A model generated the notes under the pieces. The model did no database searches. It was not told the origin of the DNA and saw only the letters and a list, made by a program, of their open reading frames with translations. From Monosiga brevicollis MX1 (lineage: Eukaryota): DNA of 64,000 bases. The translations under genes and the position numbers were made by a program. Positions 12,719 through 24,900 of this stretch are shown piece by piece; within the stretch, counting starts at the first letter, position 1, and every line of letters begins with the position of its first letter. Where the stretch lies: the NCBI RefSeq assembly GCF_000002865.3, contig NW_001865082.1:67894-131893 (forward strand), given 5' to 3'.

Positions 12719-14699
12719 TCAGTTGGTCGGTTTCTGGCTATAGTGGGCGTCAGGGAAGCGTTGAAAATCCACATAAAGCTTTTCTTGTTCAGCTTGCATG
12801 TCCAACATGTTGAGCCAGCCTTGATACAAGTCCAGGTAGCCAAACCGGTCCAGATACTAAGGAGGGCAATGCAGTTTCAACGGTTCCAAAAGGCGTGAGA
12901 CCCTCAAACATGGGTGGTCAGACCACCCAGCGTGTGCTGAAGCACACAACAAACCTCGCGACACGAATCAATGACATAGGTAATGTTCTCGCGCGAGTAT
13001 CGTAGATGACCCGTCCAGAGCACGTCATCAGCGGCACGGTTATTCTTCTCGCGGGGTGCCACACGAGGATCGCTCAATGCGGCCTCAACGGCGGCCATGC
13101 TCTTGGCCATTTCGTCTCCCGCTTTGCGGTTGCCGTACGGAAGCACGTTGACAAGTCCGTGGAAAAGGCGCACGCGCTTGTCATCTGAAGCCAGATCCTC
13201 GAAGCGAAAAATATACCGTGGTTGCGCAGAGTAGGGCAAGGTGTCCTACAAGACAGAGTTGGCCACGACCCAGCGCACGCGCACAGGCGCTCGGCATTGA
13301 TAAGACGCTGGCATGCGCAAACTTTTTGGCTTCATTCAGTGTTCGGCAAGCCGTCACGAAGCTGACCTGCCAGAGCCGATGGAACCCCAACCAATGCTCG
13401 ACAAAGCGGTCAAGTGGCCACTCGGCCAGCTGTTCATTGCGCCCTTTCCCCACCAACCACCTATCACCGCAGAAAGCAATCAAAAGGTGGGTGAGAGAAC
13501 GCAAGAAAGAAACAACAAACGTTGTCGATATGTGAGAACCAATGGGCACAAGCAGAGCAATCGATCAAGGAAGCTGATGGCCTGGAAACCATATTCACGG
13601 ACCTGTGCCAAGCATCCCAGTTATCGAGCGGATTGCGCACAGGCAGAATGTTAAAGACACCGACGCCAGCATCGCTCAAATTGGTGCCATGGGTGCCCGC
13701 TGCACCCCCATGCGTCAGAATGAAGGGGCTGTGTGTTTTGGCCACAATAAAGTCAGACCCAGGCTTGATGTGCGAGCAATCATGCACATGGCCGCACTCG
13801 TGGCGATAGAGGTCCGAAGCCTCGCTCCAGGTTGCCGAATACGTCTAGGCAGGAGAGCTCGTCAAGGAGCGCCAAATTCATCGCTGCGGACGAGTGCGCA
13901 CCCTAACCTACCTCGCGTTCGGAGTTTGGTCCGTCCTCAAAGGCGCGAAATGTCTCTGGGAAAACTATGTTTAAAAAAGCCATGAAAATGCGACCCATGA
14001 AGATGGCTTCGAGCTTCATGGCACAGATCAAAGGCGCCAAGAACTACACACCTGTCTCAGTGGCACGCTTGGTCACGAGCTCAATCATATCGCTAAGCAC
14101 AAGAGATGTACGCACGCACAGATGATGAACGCTTCGTCCCATACAGCTCGATAGGGGAAACGGCCGACAACGCGGAAGGCTTGATGGCCAAGCTTTACAC
14201 ACCGAGACCAGCTGTTGCCACTCCTAGGAATGGAGGCCATGACGATGCGCGGAATGGAAGGCTCGCCCTGAATGCACACGCAATTTTGGCAATGCGCAGG
14301 CAAGCGATCCCGGAGCGTGTCTTCGATGCGCACCACGCCGTGCGCGCAGGGTGGCGAGATGACATCTGAGTGCTTCATCAGGCAACGGTGATGTACATCG
14401 CATACGCACACCGAATGGTCCTATCATAGGTACAATACGACATCAGGATGATGTGCCGCGCCGCGCCGCGCGGCATCTCCTGCACTGGCCCACCCGGGCG
14501 TAGGGAGGAGCATGCAGGTTGTCTGCGCGGGGAGCGTGAGACGAAATGGCAATCAAGCGGCTCAACACACCGCCATCGGTACCCAGGTGCCGCCCCGCAT
14601 CGTGCAGTCCTGCTTGAGGGCATCGGAAGAAGTGTCTAGCGGTAAGGCCACGGCACCAAGCAAACCAAATGCCATGGCAAGAATGGGTGCCTTGATCAT
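12719..14699 (-). CDS. Secretory sulfotransferase paralogue C, multi-exon
   Basis: Signal peptide MIKAPILAMAFGLLGAVA; MASIPRSGNSWSR; FIVAKTHSPF; ILPVRNPLDNWDAW; YIFRFEDL; last exon YLDRFGYLDLYQGWL...HYSQKPTN*. Confidence 0.8.
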
Positions 14700-15319
14700 C
14701 TTGGAAGGTGCGACCGCGAAGGCCCCTGGCCAGCCAGCACGGTGACTCCGCCCACTCGCCTATTGCCGCCTGTGCACAACAAACACACAAGAAAGACGCG
14801 CGTACAGGCAAGGCCTTGTTTCCCCCATTTGCCCAACCAAGCAGACGCTGCTGCCACTCTTGCACTCCCGTGCCTTGCAGAGCTGGAAATTCGCGCAACG
14901 CTCAGGCGGACATCGACTTCCCTGCCTTTCCCATAACATGCATACATGCACGCATATCGGAAATACTGTCACTGTATTCGTGTCCTGATAAAAATTTGCT
15001 CAATTTTTTTTTTTTTTTTTCTCTCTCTCTCTCTCTCTCTCTCGCTCGCACACCGTCACTCCGGTGGTAAGGGCAGCGCAGGTACGTGTCGGGCAGTGTA
15101 TGGAGAGTTCAGAATGGGCCGTTGACGTGGGGTATTGGTGGTATCAATGGAGGTTGGCTCATGACCCCCACCCTCTTTCTTTTTTTTTTTTTTGGCTCAT
15201 AGGAGAGCCGTCCGCAACTCAGTTGACAATCGTGCTGCGAGCAGCAGGGACCAAGGCACCAACGACACTCCCCGTCGTCGTTGTGGGACGTTCTGGGCGG
15301 AGCTGAATGACAGCTGGCC

Positions 15320-17976
15320 ATGTCGGCACGAGACCTTTACGCGCGTCGAGATGCGGGTGGTAGCAAGCGCCGGGTGTTTGCTCGGGACCGCGAGGGTGGT
15401 CCGCTGGCCAAGCGCATAACCGCAGCTGGAGGTACTGGTGGGGCGAGTGGTGCTGGCGCTGGCAGCAAAGCGCCAGGGGCTGGCTTGAGCGATGCCGAGA
15501 GCAAGCTACGTGCACAACTCCTTGCCAAAATGAGTGACCCAGCACCCAAGCGGCCACGATCCCGACCGAAAAAGGCTGCGGCCTCAGCTACCAAACCCAA
15601 ACCGACCGCTGCCCCGACCGCAAGGCCTCCCGTCAAATCCAAACCTGCTGTGCCCGACACACCGCCGCACGACCCCAGCTCTGAGGTAACGCACCGACAC
15701 CCAATTATATTCCAGTCTTCTAGCAATGATATTGCTCTTTTGTTCGGTTTATGGCCTTGACGACGTTGGTGCTGCGCCCGGGCGGCCTAGACGACCCCGC
15801 TGGCTCCGGCTGATACGCCTCCAGGGTCCCCGCCAACATTCACCCGTGAAATGGACAAAGGTGAGACGCCCTCACCACCTGGATGCCTGAAGCCCATTTG
15901 ACTTAAAAGGGGAGCTACTGCCATGCACTCACACCTGGTCTACCTCGGCATGCGGCTTGGTTACAGAACTGGAGCGCCGTACACCAGACCCTCGCGATGA
16001 ACCCTTGGCGGTGCCTTCGCCACCTGGTACCCCCCCAGCCGAGTCTTCTTACCCAGTGGCCCAACGGCCCCCCTCGCCTCCACGCGTACAGATTGTCGAG
16101 GAACCCTATTATCCTGCCGAACGGGGTTGCCGGTGAGCGTTGATGCCCCCGTGGTCCACCATGCACCACGGTCTGCCGATGGTCCAATGCTCATGATGCT
16201 CTATGCACCGGTGGCAGACACATCAACAAAGTGTACGAACATCTCAACCGCATTGATGAGGGCACATACGGCGTCGTCTTTCGCGTGCGCGACAGGTCAT
16301 CTGGGTACGATCAGCACCGGCTGCTTCTCAGTGTCAAAGCCCTGTGCCAGGGTGCATCATTACCCTGACTCATGCCGTGTTCTGCAACTCTTGACTTTAG
16401 TCACATTCGCGCAGTCAAGCGCCTGAAAATGGAAAAGGAGAAGTCAGGCTTCCCGGTGACTTCACTGCGCGAAATCAACACCATGCTCAAGGTCGGCCAG
16501 CCCCCACGTGTGCGGGTCGCCTTTGGCAGTGTAATGTCTCTTAATCTCATCAACGCACATGCCGCAGGTGCGACATGAGAATATTGTTCGGGTCGAGGAG
16601 ATTGTGGTGGGCGACACGATGGACGACATCTTCATTGTCATGGAATTTGTCGAGCATGATGTCAAGGTACACGAGCGCCGAGCATGTTGTTTGGCTTTTG
16701 GTGTGCTGTGCGCTGATGTTTGGGTGGCTCACACGTTCCCTCGCGCGTGGACCGTGCCAGGCGCTTTTGGAGAGCATTCAAAAGCCCCTTCTTCAAGCCG
16801 AAGTGAAAACATTGATGCTGCAGCTGCTGAGTGGCGTGGCTCATCTCCATGACAACTGGATCCTTCATCGCGATCTCAAAACCTCCAACCTCCTGCTGAG
16901 TCATCGCGTGCGTGATTGTATTTAGACAGCCCTGCGTGGCTGGCCTTGCTCGACGTGGTGCACGACAATTGCCTTGAGTGTTGCTGCTGCTGTCTATGCT
17001 GGAACGTGCTGATGTCGGTGTGGACGGTTATTACAGGGCATTCTGAAGATTGCCGACTTTGGCCTCGCCCGAGAATATGGCGACCCTCTCAAGGAGTACA
17101 CCACCCTCGTGGTGACTCTCTGGTATGCCGTTGGTGGGAAATGGCTGTGGCATCGTTTTTATCAAGTTTTTAGGCTTTTGTGCTGTTTGCCAACTTAGCT
17201 CTGTCCCGCCACTGCCCGGCGCTCGCAGGTATCGCGCCCCAGAACTCTTGCTGGGTGCCAAATCCTACAGTACGGCCATCGACATGTGGTCGGTGGGCTG
17301 TATTTTTTCCGAGCTCTTGACGCGCAAGCCTTTGTTTGACGGGAATGGCGAGATTGATACCATGAACAAGTGTGTCGCTTCGTTGGTGCTCGTGTACCCT
17401 CTTTGGCCCTCCCTCTTGTGGCGGCTAGGCGCTTTCCTTTGCAACCGTCGTCGGCTCATCGCTGGCTCTGCGCGGGCCCACTGTCGCTTGTCAGAATGTT
17501 CAAAATGCTGGGCGTACCCGACGAGACGCGCTGGCCTGGCTTGAACGATCTGCCTGTGCCGCGCAGCATGTCGTTACGAGGTCCGTCGGAGAATCGGTTG
17601 CCTCGCAGCTATGGCAACATCCTTCCATCCTCCGGCGTCAACCTTTTGTCGGATCTCCTCTGCTACGACCCCGCGCAGGTGTGTTGATGGCAGGGCTTGC
17701 GCAGTCGTTGCTGTTAAACTTGTCCGTCTAACTGGCTCGTGCATCTTTGGACTGCCCCCTGCCCGTCAGCGCTTGTCCGCGAGCGAGGCGTTGCGGCACC
17801 GGTGGTTTGCCGATGAGCCAGCGCCCACTCCACCCGAACTTTTTCCGACCTGGCCGAGCCGGGCTGAGGGCCACAAGACGCGCAAGTATGCCAGCCCATC
17901 TGCACCGGCAGGGCATCAAGAACTCGCCCGCCTCCTTGAGGAGGGTGGTGGGCAAGAGTTTACCCTCAAGTTTTAG
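15320..17976 (+). CDS. CDK11: Cyclin-dependent kinase 11 (PITSLRE family), multi-exon
   Basis: [96 protein letters not shown]-terminal FTLKF. Confidence 0.93.
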
Positions 17977-19047
17977 ATTTTTGACGTTTACATCCCACCC
18001 TGCCCAGAATTTACGTGAACCCAAAGGCACTGAACCCTTCAACTTCCACTCTCTGCTGCTTTCGCCTGTAGCCTCCACCAGCAACCGTGTGCAGGGCACG
18101 TGTTCAGTCGTTGTTGCCGACTTGCATAGACCGCGAACCAGCTCAGGCGACGAGGGCGTACAATAAACCTTCAATACATCTCCCCCGGGTAGCAAGGACC
18201 AGGTGACAGTCAGTTAGTCAGTCCACCACCTAGCTGTTATGTGTTCTTCGACGCACAAGTCTTGAGATGGTCAATGAGCCCGTATCTTCTCAACTCGAAC
18301 GTAAAGGCTTTCACCGGTTCATCATCTTCGAGCCTGCACCTGAGCCTGTACCGTTATCTCACGTGTAGCAACGTGTACGTACCGTCCAGTTAGAGCAGCA
18401 CACCGTTCCGGCAAAGACCGTTCCGCGTCCATGCCTGTTCGGGTGCGCACAAGAACAAGAGGCCATCCAATATACAAAATTTTTAATTACCCAGAAATTA
18501 TCGTTAAATTCGGGTAAAATTAAAGTAAAATTCAACAGCACGAGCGTGTGTCGCGTAAAACAAATTGCCAACACCACACATTCCTCATTCTGCCGTGATG
18601 CATCTCTGCTTGAGCGGTCGCTTTAATCTTACATCTCTGAGTTTTGAACTAAATTGGCTCTCATCTCTGAATACCTTGAGAAAGAATGGCGTTAGGAGCA
18701 ATGTTGAGCATTGTCGACACCGCATCTCTGAAGCACAGCCATTGTGGCATCATATCTCTGCAGCCAACCGTTGTTTCGCACCCAATCTCTCATTTTTTTT
18801 TTGAACAACAAGGTGCGCAAACCCCCTTCAGCTGCGTCACTCTGCGCTGCCGGCGGCTTGAACTTTTGCTCTGGATGTCAACAGACAAGCGAGCTGGGCG
18901 GGCGGGCTATTGCCCCCAAAAAAGGCTGGTTCGGACAGCAGGTGTAGCGGTGCGGGTTATCTGTACTCATGTTTTTCTGTGTTGTAGCCCTATCTAGAAC
19001 AGCAGAAGCAATCGCGCTTCCGGGATCGCCAACGGCAGTGCAGCATT

Positions 19048-21645
19048 ATGGCCACCACTCAGCCAGACCTGCGCAAGCGTCGCGGGTCGCAGCCGCAGCT
19101 ACTGCCCAACAATGCTGGCATCTCATATCCCTCCGATGACGAGGCTACACCCACGGAGGACGTTGCAACCAACACCACAACCACATTTGCTGATAAAAAC
19201 GCACTGTGCGGCTTGCTCGCACGTCCCCGTTCCCATCTTCAGCCCATGGCGATTATCCAATTCTTCCAGTCATCCAAACGCGCGTGACGTGACATGGTTC
19301 TTTCTTCCTCACCTTCCTCACTGGCTCGCGCTCTCTCATAGGTCCACTGAGAAATCGGGCGCCAATGTTGTGCTGCTCAAGGACCAGCCTAAGAAGAAAA
19401 AGTGCGTCGTTGTACCAATCCCCCTTCATCCCATCTGACCAATATCGGTCCAGAAGCCTCACTGCGCTCGTTGCAATCAGATGGCGTGACTGGTTCATTC
19501 GAGGCATGCTCTCCATCGTGATGATCTCCCTCTTTGCCGCCGTGGTGTGGCTCGGACCAATGGCGCTGAGCATCATGGTGCGTCACCTTTACACCCCCTC
19601 GGCCACGTCGACTGTCAACAAGACACGTTTGCAAACGTTGACATGCCCCACCACCACCCCAGGAGGGCGGAGAAACATTCTTCTGCCTCGGTGTACCCTT
19701 TGCTCAGAAAGTATCAAACCTCTTGTCGACTCATCGCGTTCTTGATACTGGTGGCAGATCTTTCTTCTGCAGCTCAAGTGCTTTCACGAGATCATCAGCA
19801 TCGGCTACTACGGATGGGACTCGCAATTGCCTCTCTTTCGCTCTCTCAACTGGTACTTTCTGATGGCTGCCAATTATTTTTTCTACGGAGAGCACTTCAA
19901 CTTTCTTCTGCAAGAATTCTTTGCTGGTGCCCAGGCACGTGCTTGCACGATCCCTCACTCTCACATGAGAGTACTTGCACATCCTTCGACGAGTTAAAGC
20001 TCATGTATCGTGTGTGGGGCCTCACGCTCAATCGCTCATCGTGTCTCCGCTTTGGTGATGGCCTGTAGTTCAAAGCTCAGAAAATCATCCAGTACCATCG
20101 CTTCATCAGTTTTTGGCTTTACGTGATTGGTACGCCCACCTTGGCCCCTTCAACCCGATCTTGGCACGGAGACGCTGTGCACCCGTCTTCTTTTGTGTTT
20201 GCTCACCATAAATTCTCCATTTCCACGTAACAGGATTTGTGTCATTTGTGCTATCGCTGCGCAAAGGTTTTTACAAATATCAGTTCAAGATGTTCGGCTG
20301 GACCCACCTATCGCTGCTGCTCGTCGTGGCCACCTCCCAGCTCATCGTGCGCTCCATATACGAGGGTCTCGTCTGGTACACACTTGCGAACCGGCTTTAA
20401 GAACTAGCATGTGCCCTTTGATACGCAAAAGTGCCTTCTTACCATATCCATGCTCTCATGCTTTTGCTTGTGCAGGTACCTGCTGCCGTCGTGCCTGGTC
20501 ATTTGCAACGACTTCATGGCCTATATGTTTGGGTTTTTCTTCGGCAAGACGCAGCTCATCTCCATCTCGCCGAAAAAGACCTGGGAGGTATGTACACTAG
20601 GCCATGCGGCGTGAACGCCATCGTCCATCATGCATGCTGAATTGGACCTGAGATCCTCATACAATTATCCTTGCTCACGAATGCCATGACATTGCAGGGG
20701 TTTCTCGGCGCTTTCTTTTCAACCATGGTATTTGGCGTGCTCTTCGCCTCCACGCTGGCAGAATACCCATTCTTCTACTGCCCCGTTGATTCGCTCACTG
20801 CCTACGACATTGACGTAAGACGCGGCGAAGATCGCCGATCTATGCGCACCCCATGGGACTTCCAACTATGCGTACAACAAGTCAAACTTACGCGCATTTC
20901 GTGTGGGGTGTTGTAGAACGAGGATTGCGCACCACCTGCTGCCGTGCGCTTGACCAATTTTACTCTCCCAGCCCGACTTGGTGACCTTGCGCACATGGTA
21001 CCAAACAACTGCCACCCCACGCACAACACCACCACGGTCTCTTAATTATCTAGACGTTGCCTGGCTGACGCATGCTCGTTTTAGGTTGGGGTGACCGAAA
21101 CCACCTTTGCCCTCAAGCCCATTGTCTTTCACGCCTTGGTCTTGGCCATCTTTGCCTCCTTGATTGCACCCTTTGGCGGATTCTTTGCCTCGGGTCTGAA
21201 GCGCGCATTCAAGATCAAGGATTTTGATACCCTCATCCCTGGACACGGCGGCGTGACAGATCGTTTTGACTGCCAGTTTGTCATGGCCGTCTTCTTCTAC
21301 GTCTACTACCACTCCTTCATCAAGGTCAGTGCGCGCAAGGACAAGCCCACACCCCACGCGTCGAGGGACATTGCGGATGCAACTTGCTGATTTTTTTTTG
21401 TCTGTGGTTGTCTAGATTTATGACGTGGATACCGTGCTGCAAACTATCTTTGCAATGGATCAAGATGCACAACTTGAGGTATGGACCTCCAAGTTTCTTC
21501 TGTTTGACTGTTTGAGGCCTTCATGTGTTCCCATCCGTGAATCAAGGTAGCTGCACACGTGTCTCACTGAATGCGCGTGCTGCCGCAGATCTTTTCACAC
21601 CTGCAGACCTACCTATCGCGTCAAGGGGCCTTGCCAGGTGCCTGA
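19048..21645 (+). CDS. CDS: Phosphatidate cytidylyltransferase (CDP-diacylglycerol synthase), multi-exon
   Basis: [75 protein letters not shown]. Confidence 0.93.
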
Positions 21646-21931
21646 GTACAACATCTCTTGACGTGCGTCGTGGATCAATCAGATCATGCATGATTGTACA
21701 AAATTGCCGATGAGGTGTCAATGTCCCATGCGCTGTTACTTTGTATCAGAGGCATTCGCACCTCTATGTGTTGGGGGACATGTACTCAGAAGGCAAGTCG
21801 GGGTTTCATCTATTTGGCCTCGAGCCATGTCACAAAGGTCTTTCTTCCTGTTATGATAATCGAAAATATCTGGTCGAATCGGGTCAGCTTTGGGCCATGA
21901 GAACTTTACACAGCTCCAACCAAGCGGCTTT

Positions 21932-24900
21932 TTATTTTTTCTCCTTTTGTTTCTTTTTCTTCTTCTGGCCCCGGTGCTTGCGACTTCCCAGCCCGAGGCG
22001 TCGCAGAAAGCTGCGAGCCAATGTGTGCGTCAGAGTCAAAATTGACACTGTGAGTGCCTCCGCGGCAATGTCAAAACAGGGTTGCACGCAGGCATTGCCA
22101 AAAAGCGGGGCGTACCGCCGGCGTAGCGTATCTGTGTATTCGCGACTTTCTTCTTGATTCTCGAAGCGATGGATTGTGGACTTGCGCTGTAGTCGCACGC
22201 GCAAATCCAAGTCCAACTCCTCGGGTAACTAGGGGACGCAAGCCACACATGTTGGTCAAACTGAACCAAGTGATTTAGGCACAAGTAGATGGCACCGCAC
22301 TTGTCTGTACCTCGGCAGCTCGCTCAACGGCGTAAAGATCATGGGTATCGCCAGGTGCAAAGGACCCGACACCATGCTCGGCTTCGTAACGTTGCTTCTG
22401 AAATTGCGTCGTGAGAGCACTGATCTCCGCCTTGAGACGATGTTGCTCATCGAGTGCCTCGTTCATGTTGGTAAACTCCCTGGAAAAGACCGGCATTAAA
22501 AGAGGTGAAACACAGAGCAAGCCACAGCCACAGCGAGAGCAATGTGTCGCTGCTCATGTCCATACCGATCAATCACATGGTCAATCTCGCGCACACGTGC
22601 AGCTAGTTGATCCGCATTGTCCTCGTCAAAAGCCGTTTCCCGCTGTTGCTCCAAACGCAGCTTCTTTTGGCGAAACTCAACGATGATTTGTCGGTGTTGC
22701 TATGGTCATACCAGCACCACCAAGCAAGACATTCTCAGCGCACGCCATCCAACAAATTCACCGGGACAAAGAGGCGCAGCGACCAACCGCCACGACATCG
22801 GCTTTTTGCTTCTGAAGTTCTTCGTATTGCTCGCGCTTCTTGTCCAGCAGTAGGCGAGGGTGTAACCAGTGGGTCGTCTGTTCCAGGGCGCCAACATCAG
22901 CCACAGTGAGTCAGACCAGCGATCCCCATAAGTTTGAAATCAGCATTGCAGAGGAACGTGATGCAAAATAGGAGAGAACACATCCAACATACCCCCGTGT
23001 TGTGGTCAATGTAGTAATATTCTCCCTTGGCAGTCTGGGCCTGGTCCCAGCCGTAAGGCAGCTCGTCACCTTCCGTATCGCTCGCATTCTAAAAGCAAAG
23101 TGGGCAGTGGTGAGAACTCGAGACGCGTGCGAATGCGGAATTGGAAAGCAATGCAGCCATCGGTGCACAAGTTGTACCAGCTTGCGCACAGCTGCCGAGC
23201 GAGGGTCAACCCAGGTGGTTTCACGAGTCTCATGGTTGCGAAAGTACACACGTCCTGTTGCCTGCAAACACACCCAAATATGCCAAACACAAACGATCAA
23301 AGCGACACAACCTCGACATCATCAGGTGGGATGGGATGGCGCGCTGGGCACGCGCGAATGCAAAAGCAGGCGCATTATACATACCTCATCAACCACCTTT
23401 TCCCAATGCGCAGGAAGAGGTCCCACCCGCACAGAGAGTCGCTCTTGCCTTTCAAAGACGTGTCCGCCATCGGCAAGCTGAATCTTGACCACCTGCGTGG
23501 ATGGATCCGTGGTCACGGGTTCGTCCTCGCCATCTTCATCGTCCTCAGATTCGGCCAAGCCACCGGAGAGAGCTGCAGCAGATTGCTGCAACCAAGCTGT
23601 GCGACGAGAGGCAGAGAACTGCTCATCGATGGTCAAAAGACCGCGGTTGCGCGCAGCAGCCTGTGTGCTGGCTCTCTGCGTTCTCATCGGAAAACAAAAA
23701 CAAAAACAAAAACAACAGCGAAGGTGAAAAGCAAGTTTGGCCATCTCACACGAACAGCACAAAACAAAACCAAAACGAAGCAACAGCCCCTGCGACAACG
23801 GCTGAGAATGGAAGGAGGTGGAAGCTGGATCACACTGACACACGCGTACACACACCTCGCAATTGGCGATGAATAGCGCCACGCACTCCATCTGCTGCCG
23901 CTTGCCCTCGAGAAGAGCACGATAGCGACGGCGCTGAATGTAGCCCCGCAAGAACCGACGTGCAGCGGCATATGCTTGAAGGCACAACTGCAGTCGGTCC
24001 TGGAGTTGATCAATGTGCGAATATCGTAGAAAAACCTGCCTCGGGGGTGCGCGCACATTGGAAGGCAATATAGTGGTTGGTTGAGCCAGTGGTTGAGCCA
24101 GTGGCTCGAGTTATGATGCGCACAGCAGGGCCTCTCGACGTACCTTGGTGCGGCCCATCTGTGCATCAACAATGTTCGCCTTTGCAAGGATAGCTTGACA
24201 CGCCAAGGACGTGGCATCTGGTGCCTCACCCAGAGGCGTTGTCAACAGCTTAAACTTACGCACAAAAGTCTCAAACAAAAGGCGGTGCGCAAAGCCCTCC
24301 TGATGATACGGAAGAATAAGCGTCACACGGGGAATCGATACTGGCTTGTGGCCGCTATATCGCCATGCAGCGTGCCGTTTTGCGAACCTTGCGAATGCGC
24401 ACAGTCTCCATGACACCAGCAGAGCGGAGTTGTTGGCGCACAAGAGCTGTGTCAATACTTTTGGGCTTCTTCTTGCCATTCGGTTTGATGCATCGCACAA
24501 ACGTTGCGCTGCGTTCAATGAGCAGGGCCGTTGAGCCATCAGACATAATCAGTCAACATCTTTCGCACTGTTGTCGCCATGCAGGCACTCTTGTGTAGGA
24601 TATCTCGCGGGTTGCACACACCTTGCATTGCCAAGCGTGGTCACGAGTTGCTGAAGTGAATCTTGAAAGCCGTTGTAGACCGAGTTAACGGCAGTCAAGT
24701 TGAAGCGCCGCCGCGACTGGCCTAACGCCCACCATTGACGCGACGGTTCAGAACGGTCAGAAATAGAGTGCACAGATCATGCTTGAAAACACGTGTAGAG
24801 GCGCCGGGTCAAGGGAGAGCATCGCGGTTGACGGGCTAGCTTAATCCGTACGTCGTTTCGTGCTGACATCAAAGGCCCCAGATGAGAGTCGACTGGAGGC

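Noticed and set aside
17728..18360. Minus-strand ORFs downstream of CDK11
   Set aside because: No ATG-supported model or motifs; partly antisense to CDK11
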